A stretch of 63,664 nt of DNA, filler included, from Octopus bimaculoides (lineage: Eukaryota): NCBI RefSeq assembly GCF_001194135.2. It is 6 parts of 6 records of this genome, joined end to end, with 100 filler letters (N's around TTAATTAATTAA, not from the genome) between each part and the next. Parts side by side here need not be neighbours in the genome. Positions count along the whole stretch, not along the records: positions 8,451 to 26,318 come from NC_069005.1; positions 26,419 to 50,523 come from NC_068992.1; 4 more parts are not named here. One strand, written 5' to 3'. A program made the translations under genes and the position numbers. The first letter of the stretch is position 1; every line of letters begins with the position of its first letter. The notes under the pieces are model-generated. The model saw nothing but the letters and a program-made list of their open reading frames with translations, had not been told where the DNA came from and searched no databases. Shown here piece after piece: positions 22,926-34,405 of this stretch.

Positions 22926-24744
22926 AGAAGAATGAAGATAATCAACAAGAATGGAAAAAATATGTTGTTGTTGGCAAGCTATTCTAGTGTAATTTATTTC
23001 ATTGACACCTGTTGGATTGAAGGTAAAATTGACTTCTGTGGGATTTGAACTCAGAATGCAGAGGAACATAACTAAATAGAACGAAGCACTCCATTCTTGG
23101 CAGAATTTTTGGAACAACAGCCCTTCAAAGTTCCATAACTCATGGAAAAAGAAAAGTGAGGTGGGCAGGTTTCCTTGATTTTGTTTTTAATAATTTTTTT
23201 TTTGTTTCATACAATTAAAAATTTCCTCAAAGTTTCTGTCTTTCACATCCCAGCCCTCAATTCTGTGCCCTTTTTTCCTTCTGTGTCATTTAGGAAATAA
23301 CACTTCTGATTCATTCTGCCAGCTTCAGCTCCACAGGGTTTATCATCTCTACCTCAGCTGGACCCAAACCTACCAATTACATTACTTGCCCACCACACGT
23401 ATAGCTTTACCTCTACATCTCAAGCAGGGGTGGAGGAGGAGCACACGGCCAGGTGATTAATAAGTTCACATCATAATCCTGACGTGTTAGTGTTGAGCTC
23501 AATCCAACCCCATCACAACTTGAGCAAGAATCTTTTAGCCTAGTTTTGGTTTGATCTTTTTCTTTTTTGTTTTATCTTCAACCCATGTTGGGTCTGAAAG
23601 AAGGGACAGTGCCCATACCCTTCACAGACCATCTAAATGAGTGAGGTTAATGATTAATGCCATTGATGTTCCTTGTGAACCTTCGTAAACCAACATCTGT
23701 GGGAAAGATATGAGCAGAGAGGGATTTCTTGAGGGAAGCCATTTTGGGGAGGAAAGCCTGAGCATAGTGATAAATGTGAGGCCTTGTAGGTAATGGTCAG
23801 GTGGTGGTGGTGGTGGTGGACATAAGATGGATGATGAGAAGAGAAGAGGCAAGAGGGATAAGAATGTTTGAGAGGAGGTGAGGTGAGCTCAGCTAGCTGC
23901 AAGGAGCAGAAGTCATATAGTAGCAGTAGAAGTGGCAGAAAGAGGGGACACAAAATGTCTAGGCATCAGAGGATGGGCATGCTTGTGAGTGACTTAATAG
24001 TTAATCTGTCAGGTGGCTAAAGCATTGGAAGTAAAATTGGTTAAATAAAAACTGTGTGGAACCCCGCCAAATGAAGTACAGCTAATTTAAAGAGCCAACA
24101 TAGTCTCACACCAAATATGTAACCAACAAGCGGGGAATGAAGAGACCTGTGACCCACAGTTCTCCGTCAATAGAATTATTCATCTGATATTTTAGTTTAA
24201 TTTTGTTGTGATTTTCCACAATTTATTCAACAAATGGTGTATTTCTTTTAACAGTTGAGAAACATCCATTTGAAACTCTGGCTATGTCCATCATTGGGTA
24301 CATGTGTGCTGTGGTATACTCAGCCCGTTATATGTTAATATAATATATAACCATACGACTACAAGCTGACAGAGTCATTAGCAAACTGGACAAAATGCTT
24401 TACATTCTGAGTTCAAATTCCGCCTATGTTGACTTTGCCTTTCATCCTTTGAGGGTTGATAAAATAAGTACCATTTGAATGTGAAACCAGTTCAGTTGAT
24501 CAAACAATTGGAATAATCATCCTAGAAACAGATGAAAATCCATTTCCTTTAGTTTTTGTTTCCTTATACACATCAGCAAATGAGCCAATGAGGTAATCTG
24601 TGTGGTTGTTCAATTTGCTAGAAATAACAGCCAAATCTCCCTCACACTATGCTCTAACATTTTAAAAATGAAAGACACATTAAATAATGTTGTCCTACGT
24701 CTTCAATAGAAATACAGAATGACTCATTCTGGCCTGACCTGGGT

Positions 24745-24915
24745 TTAAACTAACAGGTATTTGTTGCAACCATTGCAAGTGTACAGAGAGTACAAATTTC
24801 CATGAACCACTTTCTTACTCATGATGTGCCCAGATTTACTGCAGCTCTTTTTTCTAGGGATAACACCCTTTTCTTGCAAATAATTTACTGCATCCACCTC
24901 TGTTTTCAAAATCTC
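24745..24915 (-). pseudogene. Probable Merlin/IS1595-like transposase N-terminal Zn-ribbon fragment
   Basis: CTILKEILKTEVDAVNYLQEKGVIPRKKSCSKSGHIMSKK...YTCNGCNK resembles E.A..FLQ..G.L.....C..C...M......W.C..C. It is only about 55 aa and has no catalytic domain. Confidence 0.5.
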
Positions 24916-25004
24916 CTTCAGAATGGTACAAGCATCAGTAAAAACAGAAAAACAGGGAAAAAGTAAACAGAAAATCTTCACAAAATATATGTAAAATATA
25001 TATG

Positions 25005-25452
25005 AAAAAGCACCATCCGAGTGTGATCGTTGCCAGGGCCGCTGACTGGCTCCCGTGCCGGTGGCACGTAAAAAGCACCATTTGTGCGTGATCGTTACCA
25101 GCGTTGGCTTATGGGGCACTTGTGCCGGTGGCACGTGCAAAACAACATTCGTGCAAGGTCGTTGCCAGTGCCGCTGGACCGGCTCCTGTGCTGGTGGCAC
25201 GTAAAATACACCATTTTGAGCGTGACAGTTGCCAGTACCGCTTGACTGGCCCTCGTGCCGGTGGCACGTAAAAGCACCCACTACACTCTCGGAGTGGTTG
25301 GCGTTAGGAAGGGCATCCAGCTGTAGAAACTCTGCCAGATCAGATTGGAGCCTGGTGCAGCCATCTGGCTCGCCAGTCCTCGGTCAAACCGTCCAACCCA
25401 TACCAGCATGGAAAGCGGACGTTAAACGATGATGATGACGATAATGATGATG
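25005..25452 (+). mobile_element. Retroposon (SINE/RTE-related) with about 66-bp internal tandem units and a (GAT)n tail
   Basis: Four units ending gtg(c/ct)ggtggcacgt at 25069, 25136, 25202 and 25269, then ggttggcgttaggaagggcatccagctgtagaaac...gcggacgttaaacgatgatgatg. Confidence 0.85.
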
Positions 25453-25619
25453 TAAAATATTAAGACAATTGATGAAAAATATCTACAATAAAATTCTAAT
25501 TGATAAATATAAATTTTTATTAAAACAAAACACAGGTGAAGTGAATCTCGTGGTGTGAAGAATCAACATGATACAACGTGCGGGTGAAGTGGAACACAAT
25601 ACAACGCACGGTTGTTATG

Positions 25620-26300
25620 ATAACAAGCTGCTAATGCCTCGCTGTCTGCTGATTGACTAAAATTACCCAAAATTTTCCCAACTTTAATTCCAAATTGTAT
25701 CAGATTTTTTAATTTACAAGATAAAGTAATTAGTTGATCGTAATCAAAATTCAGAACTGCATCAATACACCAAAATTGAAAACAATCTGAGCAAAATTAA
25801 AGGGGGCTGATTTTGCAAATGAAATTAACTCGCTCCCCTTAATCCATATATCAAATTTGAAAACAGTTGGAACAACACTGTAGACAGTGACGATAACCAC
25901 AAAGATCCTGTTGTCTACTAGAGGATGGTAGGGGTTCGCTCCCCTGCTAGCAATATGTATGTATGAATATACAGAGTGCAGCACTGCTCTGATAACCAGC
26001 TGGTGGAAGATCTGCCTGGGGTTAAACTAATAGTAACATGGAACAGCCACTTTGATGTGGCGATTAACTTTACTTGGTTATTTTACGGTTTTAGGTTTAG
26101 ATTTGTTTGACTTTGGCATTGGGGCAGAGGAGATTCGAGAAGAAGAAACAGGGTGTGGTATAGGTAGGAGACTGGTAATAGTAGTAGTAGTAGTAGTAAT
26201 AATAGAGATTGTTGAATTTGAAGCAGTGGTGGTGGGTGAGGGAGAGAGGAGTGGCTAAGATTGGTCAAAGGCAGAGATACGAAGGAGTGGTTGAGGGGGG
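25620..26300. mobile_element. Second, rearranged copy of the 16-17 kb LINE 5' region
   Basis: 25960-26090 aligns with 16930-17043 on the same strand. cagtgacgataaccacaaagatcc at about 25886 aligns with 17233-17255 on the opposite strand. Confidence 0.7.
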
Positions 26301-26671
26301 GTCACAGACAAAAATTATNNNNNNNNNNNNNNNNNNNNNNNNNNNNNNNNNNNNNNNNNNNNTTAATTAATTAANNNNNNNNNNNNNNNNNNNNNNNNNN
26401 NNNNNNNNNNNNNNNNNNGTTCACCAGGTACTTTGTGGCAATCTCCTTTTCCTGGATTGGAAACGCATAGCCTTCAAAGTGTGATGTGGTTATGTATGAT
26501 ATTATGTATGTATGTATGTGTGTATGGATGGATGGATGGATGGATGGATGAATGGATGGATGGATGGATGGATGGATGGATGTACGTATGTTAATGTATG
26601 TGCCGTTACAAATCTGGATTTCGAACGACAATACGTATCTCATACTAAGGGAGAGGGTTAGAGAGAGAGAA

Positions 26672-26719
<48 letters not shown>

Positions 26720-26937
26720 AGAGACAGAGTAATAAATGTGTCTGTGTGTCTGTGTGGGGTGAGAGAGAATCCTGTACAAGGTGGCTAATGCTTCATGTGT
26801 AAATTCTATTGGCAGAAACCGGTTCAAACCCGTCAAACATATATNNNNNNNNNNNNNNNNNNNNNNNNNNNNNNNNNNNNNNNNNNNNNNNNNNNNNNNA
26901 TATATATACATATATATAAAGAGAGAGAAAGAGAAAG

Positions 26938-26984
<47 letters not shown>

Positions 26985-28019
26985 CAAGTGTGGCTGGGTG
27001 TACGTATGTACGTCCTTTTATGTGTACTACATACATATATATTCATAAATATATATGCATACATATATAATATACGTATATTTTATATATATTTATATAC
27101 CATATATATATATATACACACACGCACCCTCTAACACATACACACACACATATACATATATAAGAAAAAGGGATGACACAGTAAAAACAATAGTTATGTT
27201 ATGAGCTTCATTACCTTACAGTTGTTTCTGCTATACAATGTAGTGGACACTCATAGTTTAGTGCCTGAATAACGCCTTAGAGCTTCATCGGACCCTCTAG
27301 TAAGAAGGGCCATTATTTTCGAAACATAATTACATTTGTCCTTGTTTAGGGAAGGATATTACCAAGCGAGAAAGTCAATACAAATGTACATAAAAGTATT
27401 AATGCTAACGCTAATTAGATTTAATACTAGAAATATATGTATATATACACACCTACGCACGTACTCAACAACACATGCTGATAGAGAGGCATATACATAC
27501 ACACAACACACACACACGCACACGCACACACTCTTCGTTACAGATACAAACTTAACGTTATGTACGTAGTCCTATACTTATTCATAAATTTCATATATAA
27601 TGATAAATAATGAGACAAATTTCTGATAAGCCCTAATCAATATCCTATTTCTTTAGCAACTGTGTTTATTTAACATCATTCTTTCTTTGCGTTCAATCAT
27701 TTCTCTTTCATTAAACCGATAAACTTAGTGCTGTGCACTAACATTAACTGTGTTTTAAACACCAGGCAACTGGGTAACCTGCATGTGGTAGTTCAACAGG
27801 TGAAAATAACAACCAAACTCTTTTTAAATCCCAAACTACTGACTTCAAGGAAGAAGGTATTTGAGTTTACATTCAGTAAGATGAGATGCTAAGCATTGGA
27901 ATGCTTATAAATGTATCTCTTCTAATTCATGACTAGCTTTAGGCTAAATATGAACGTAGACATGAATTGATTCATCAGAAAAAAGGATCTTCAACGAAAT
28001 CCAATGCACTAACTACATT

Positions 28020-28505
28020 AATGGCAGCGAGCTGGCAGAATCGTTACCTCGGAGAGAAAATTGCTAATTGCATTTCTAATTGCATTTCTTCTGGTTTTAT
28101 GTTCCAGGAGCATGGCTTTGTGGTTAAAGGGTTGACTTTATAAAGTCATGAGCTTGATTCCCGGCAGCATATTGTTTCCTTGAGCAGACACTTTATTTTA
28201 CCTTTCTCCATTCCACCCAGCTAGCAAAATTGTGTTGTACCTGCAATTCAAGGCGCCAACCATGTCTCAGTCTGCGTTATGCTGAATCTCTTTCGGAACT
28301 ACGCTAAGAGTAGGCATGTTTGTGGAGTACTCAGCCACGTTACTATCAAGAGGATGCTGTTCCCTTTCGTCAGATCAACTAGAACACGTGTCGTCATAAG
28401 CGAAGCAGTGCCATTTTATATCCTAATTCCCAATGCAGAAAATATCAATTTTGCCTTTCATCCTCCCGTGTTTGATATGATAAAGTACCAGTCCAGTATT
28501 GGGTC
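28020..28505 (+). mobile_element. Family D SINE (about 28108-28420) nested inside a family B SINE
   Basis: The family B head (ggcagcgagctggcagaatcg...) stops at about 28107 and resumes (ttttgcctttcatcc...aagtaccagt) after the family D body. Confidence 0.7.
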
Positions 28506-31350
28506 AAATTAAAAATGCGACCAGATGTCCGAAATCTGATTCCCATTCCTCTGTTGCAATCCTTGAAAGCATACCAAAGCAATTCAGCAAAATAAATAGG
28601 GGAAAGTGTCGGGGCAGGAATATCTCCCTGTTTGACACCGTTATCTCCCGAAAATTCATGAGATAGTTCACCATTAAGGACTACTTGAGCTTTCAGGTTT
28701 CTGTGTAGATCCTTAAAGATGCTCACAAAATGTGTTGGACAACCAAGTTTACACAAAACAATCCACAGTGCTTCCCTGTTTACCGTGTCAAATGCCTTAG
28801 TTAAATCTATTAAGACTTGGTACAGTGGTGTTTGTTCCTCTAAGCATTTCTCTTGAACTTGCCTCGCGGAAAACATCATGTCCATTGTTCCTCGCTCAGA
28901 TCTAAAACTACACTCTTCTTCAGGAATTACATGTGGGCACACATTCTCAACGAGACGATCTAACATGATCCTTGAAAGTATCTTCCTGGTATGTTCCAGA
29001 AGAGGTATCCCTCTAGAATTACCACACACTTCTTTTGGGCCCTTACCATTGTATACAGAGATTAGAATGCCATTTATCTATTCTTGTGACACAGAAGATT
29101 CATTCCAGATTCGAGTTATTAGGCTATTAATTACAGATGAAATATGATACCCATTTGCTTTCAGAATTCCACCTCGAATATCATCCAATCCAGTTGTACC
29201 TGATCTCAGTTTGCACAATGCCAGATTTACTTCTTCAATGGAATGTGTATCGTTCATATGTTGCACTACCTCTCTTTGATATCTATGTTCACTAAAGACG
29301 GACTGTGGAGAGGATCTGCAAAGTGTTCTCTCCATCTATTCATTATCCCAGGAGGATCTTTAATAACCTCATTTCCATCTGTTGACTTCAAGGAAATATA
29401 TGATGCAGATTGCGATCCAAAAGCTTGCCGCAATAAACAATAGAAACTTTTAATGTCTTTCTTCTCATAGGCTGCTTGTACTTTCTCAGACAAATTTCTC
29501 CAGCAAGTGTCTTTAAGCTCCCTGAGTTCTTTTTGCAAGTCTGCTTTCTGGGACTTGTACAATTTTCTAATTGCACTTAGTTCTTAACGTTTGGGTCAAG
29601 ATGATTTTAATGAGTGGACCTCTTCCTTGCTAAAAGCTCGTTTATCAGTGTATCATTGGAATCAAACCAGTCTCGGTGCTGTCTCGTCTTAAAACCTAAC
29701 ACCTCTGATCTCATTTTATATATTCTATCCCGAAAAGATTGCCATGAACCTTCAGAATGAACATTGCTGCATCTCTTCTGAAATAACTGCAAACTTGTGG
29801 TTGTTTTAGCTGATCTACAGCTATTGTTTTTGGTTCTCGCACACCTTCACTACGAATTTTCTTGTGGACTTTGAACTAGAACTTGGCCCTAACCATTTTG
29901 TGAGCAGTATCACATACTCTGAAACTGCACAAATCTTGTAAGTTAGCTTTCTGAATTAATACAAAACCAATCATGTGACCTTGCTTTGATCTTGGGTGAA
30001 TCTAGATAACTGTATGTCTTATCTTATGATGAAAGAAAGTATTCCCAACAACAAACTCTAGATCAGAGCACATTTGTAGCAGAAGCGACCCATTGTTACT
30101 CACCTTTCCTATTCCGTAACGCTCAAGTACATTCCAAGCACCATAGTCTCTACCAACACGTGCATTAAAGTTGCCAAGCACAACCAACTTTATTCAAAGG
30201 GACTGCTAGAATACTTCTTCTAAGCTCCTCACAAAATGTATGGATATTTTCCTTACTAGCTGAAAGTATAGGAACATAAATAAAGAAAACACTTACAAAA
30301 CGTCAACAAGAAAGAGGCATGCGTAGATTTTATTATACATTTATTTATGCTTTGTGGTTGTTCAAGGTCTTTTAGTAAATAAATTTTAACTGCAAACCCA
30401 ACACCATCTTCCCTTTTCTCTCCCTTCGGCTTCCCAACCCAGAATAATGTGAGACCTGCTGCTCTTTCGACAAGATGACCTTCATCTGAACATCGTTTCA
30501 GAAAGAGCCGCAATATCAACATTAAGACGCCTTAGCTCCTTAGTTACTAGAGCTATTTTTTTTTCAGGCCTATTTGCTTGATCTAAAAGTGTTCTCACAT
30601 TCCAACAGGCCGGGTTAAGAGAAACCTTATTCCTTGCATACTTGTTATTGTTGTTTATATCAATTCTTTGTTCATTCCTACTAAATTGAACTACCGTTAG
30701 CCGCAATAAACTAACCAGCAGAGAAAAGACACAATCTTTGTTCACCTTGTCTTGCACCTGCTCAATATATCCAGGTAAGCAGTGTTCTCCTTAAAAGAGC
30801 TACTCAGACACAGAATTCTCCTCCGAAAACAGTTCCTGTCCATGAAAACATGTTAGCGATGTTAAGATAAGAACCCTGCCGCTTTATGTGCAGATTTGTA
30901 ACTGTATGTTTCCAACCAATCACGCCTGCATACGTCGCCACGCCTCTATCACCATAGAACTTTTGAAAAGTCATGATTGTACGATGATGGTGTTTTGTCG
31001 GGTACATATGTGTACATCATTGGATTTCAGTAACAAACGCTTGTACTTCATGTCTGCCACTCTTTGGGTCAAAATAGTAGATTCTTGTGACAAACAAAGT
31101 AAGATGACTAGAACTCAAAAGGATACTGCAAGCTATCAGTGGTAAGTCAGTTTGAATTCAGAGATTTATTCTCCTATACTGGTTGTCCTAATCACAGATT
31201 TGTTTCAAAATAGGAGCCCAATCTGCCCCCATCAACAGTTATGGATTTGATAGTGCAGCCGATTAAGGGACTGTTATTACCGTGACATGGTTTTATGTCA
31301 GAGTGTCCTCCTAGAAGAGTTGCCTTCACCACGGATGATGAGCCTCATCT
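28505..31350 (-). mobile_element. RTE (BovB-like) LINE, 5'-intact and 3'-truncated, inactivated
   Basis: CWNVRTLLD...DIAALSET, GNFNARVG, HPRSK (APE), then RT motifs DLTKAFDTV and GVKQGDIPAP, ending at IRFRTSGRIFNL. RTE 5'-UTR motif ggcaacc...taggag...ctctgaattcaaac at about 31150-31240 and a second diverged copy at about 31295-31350. Many stops. Confidence 0.9.
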
Positions 31351-32638
31351 GACCCCCCCTCACACACACATAGAAAATATATATATACATATTTATTTAT
31401 TTCTTTATTTATTTATTTATGTGTTTCAGCCAAGTGGCTGCGGTCAAGAAAAGAAAAAGAGAAAAAAGTTATAAAATTAGGAATTTTACAATTTAAAATT
31501 GTTTTTTAGTAAAAATAAATAAATAAATACATAGATAAGTATATAAATTTTAAATTAAGACTATAAATAAAATAAAATAAAAGCAAATATATAAATATAT
31601 AAAAGATATATAAATATATAAAAATATATATTAATNNNNNNNNNNNNNNNNNNNNNNNNNNNNNNNNNNNNNNNNNNNNNNNNNNNNNNNNNNNNNNNNN
31701 NNNNNNNNNNNNNNNNNNNNNNNNNNNNNNNNNNNNNNNNNNNNNNNNNNNNNNNNNNNNNNNNNNNNNNNNNNNNNNNNNNNNNNNNNNNNNNNNNNNN
31801 NNNNNNNNNNNNNNNNNNNNNNNNNNNNNNNNNNNNNNNNNNNNNNNNNNNNNNNNNNNNNNNNNNNNNNNNNNNNNNNNNNNNNNNNNNNNNNNNNNNN
31901 NNNNNNNNNNNNNNNNNNNNNNNNNNNNNNNNNNNNNNNNNNNNNNNNNNNNNNNNNNNNNNNNNNNNNNNNNNNNNNNNNNNNNNNNNNNNNNNNNNNN
32001 NNNNNNNNNNNNNNNNNNNNNNNNNNNNNNNNNNNNNNNNNNNNNNNNNNNNNNNNNNNNNNNNNNNNNNNNNNNNNNNNNNNNNNNNNNNNNNNNNNNN
32101 NNNNNNNNNNNNNNNNNNNNNNNNNNNNNNNNNNNNNNNNNNNNNNNNNNNNNNNNNNNNNNNNNNNNNNNNNNNNNNNNNNNNNNNNNNNNNNNNNNNN
32201 NNNNNNNNNNNNNNNNNNNNNNNNNNNNNNNNNNNNNNNNNNNNNNNNNNNNNNNNNNNNNNNNNNNNNNNNNNNNNNNNNNNNNNNNNNNNNNNNNNNN
32301 NNNNNNNNNNNNNNNNNNNNNNNNNNNNNNNNNNNNNNNNNNNNNNNNNNNNNNNNNNNNNNNNNNNNNNNNNNNNNNNNNNNNNNNNNNNNNNNNNNNN
32401 NNNNNNNNNNNNNNNNNNNNNNNNNNNNNNNNNNNNNNNNNNNNNNNNNNNNNNNNNNNNNNNNNNNNNNNNNNNNNNNNNNNNNNNNNNNNNNNNNNNN
32501 NNNNNNNNNNNNNNNNNNNNNNNNNNNNNNNNNNNNNNNNNNNNNNNNNNNNNNNNNNNNNNNNNNNNNNNNNNNNNNNNNNNNNNNNNNNNNNNNNNNN
32601 NNNNNNNNNNNNNNNNNNNNNNNNNNNNNNNATACATA

Positions 32639-33882
32639 TTAGCTGACGTACCCGGTAATTCCCGGAAAAGCGAGGCTTATCCCTTGGTTCCGTTCTCATA
32701 ATTGTTTGGCTCATCCAGTAATACAATACAAAGTATGTAACCCTTAAAACTGTTTTTGTGCACTTACAGAGAATACCGAACTGTCTTACACAGGATCTTG
32801 TTTTTAGGAATTCCCAATAAGTTATGAATAACCAAATTGTGAAGTCACTTATGTAATAAACAAATGTAGAGTTGCCTTGACCTCTCATGGCTTGCACACG
32901 GGTGTCCATGTCAAGTAATGCCTCATTTTAAATGGCGTTATTGAGCCTGGCAATTACTGTTGAGGTTTGACTTTGATTCCTTTCTAGATGACCTCTGCCA
33001 TGCTGGTTTTGTGAATCGCCCAACGCTTATGTGCTTCACGCAAGCCACATGTCATTAACATGATAGCTGGCGAGGTTGACGTGTTGCTCTGCTGACTGCT
33101 GCCTCCTCCAATGTCTGGTCCCAGCGAGCCTCGTCCTTCAGTAGTCCATGTTTGGCGCAGGCTTCCCATTCTGCAAACTCCCCATTGTGTCTTCGAAAGT
33201 CTGTGAATGATGTCGGACCTCTAACAGTGTGTAGCAATAGAATCAGAAAGAAGCACTCCTGCTTATTAGGGTGCACAGTGTACACCCGCCCGATAGCCCC
33301 ACTTCTTAAAACAGCATCTTCTACCCAGCCCTCAATGCGTGTTCCTTGCTCGCATCTGTTCCATCTATTCTGTGACCAGGTTTAGTACATAGAAACCTCT
33401 ACAAATCACATTGGCATAATTTAAAGAAAGCTGTCAGAGTGAATTCTCATGGGTTCAGAACTACGTTTCGAGCATTGTCTTCTGTGAAATATACATGCTG
33501 GCCATTTTCAATATGTACAGAGAGATTTTAAGAATGCGTGCGTACATGTAAACAGGGTGTGACTTTGCGTTGACAGTGCATTTGTCTAAAAGCAGAACAG
33601 TTCTTCATGCAGCACTTGTCAATTGGCTGAAGTGACATGAAAGGCATCGTCATTCATGGTATATTCGTGAATAAGTCACTAACCGAAATAAGTAGATCTA
33701 TTGTTTAGGAAAATACTATTTACTTGTCTAAGGAGTATATTGGATAAATTGCGAAAATAACTTTAACAGTTCAAATACTAAGAAATAAGCATATTCAATT
33801 TGATTTATACAAAACATATAGGAAAATGAATGAGTTATTTCCCTTGGCTGTTAAAATAAAATATATTAGTTATATATAAGGA
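32639..33882 (-). mobile_element. Internally deleted Helitron with both termini and a RepHel linker remnant
   Basis: 5' end A|TCCTTATATATAAC at 33882. 3' end ccgg-gaatta-ccgg hairpin plus CTAA|T at 32639. Coding remnants: LSVHIENGQHVYFTEDN, TLTAFFKLC, GRVYTVHPNKQECFFLILLLHTVRGPTSF, ACAKHGLLKDEARWDQTLEEA, NEALLDMD. Confidence 0.9.
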
Positions 33883-33904
33883 TCCTTTCCAGGGATTAAT
33901 CTTC

Positions 33905-34405
33905 TCTTTTCGCTCCTTTGCACCACATGGGCTCAACTCCCCTCCCCTCTTCATCTAACCCCTCCCACTGTCTCTCTCTCCCCTCCACCCTCCCTCCTAC
34001 TTCCTACCACCCACCTCTCCTCTGCTGCTCCGACTCATACTTCTCTGTACTTCTCTTCACTCCTACTTCTCTTCACCCCTACTCTTTCTCTCTTCTCTCT
34101 TACTCTCTCTCTCTCTCACTCTCTTCTCTCTTACTCTCTTTCTCTCTCTCTCTTACTCTCTTCCTCTCTTTCTCCTCGCTTTCTCCCTCCTCCCATACCC
34201 ACCTTCCCCCTCCCGTATATCCACCTTCCCCTTCCCCCTTCATCGTCAATCCTCCCTCATAAGCTCATCCCACCCCAACACACTCCTACTTTACCTTCCC
34301 ACCCACCCCATCCAATTCCACATATCTCTCTTTCTCTCTTTCTCTCTCTCTCTATTTATCTCCCTCTCTCTCCTCTCTCTCTCTTTCTTTCTCTCTCTCT
34401 CTGCA
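33905..34405. repeat. About 500-bp polypyrimidine (CT/CCT) low-complexity tract
   Basis: Directly visible. Confidence 0.95.

Noticed and set aside
25005-25275. CRISPR-like array
   Set aside because: The units are diverged tandem copies with no unique spacers and no cas genes, in a eukaryotic retroposon context.
33445-33490. Hammerhead-like GAAACGT on the minus strand
   Set aside because: It lies within Helitron coding sequence (YFTEDNARNVV) and lacks CTGANGA, so it is a coincidence.
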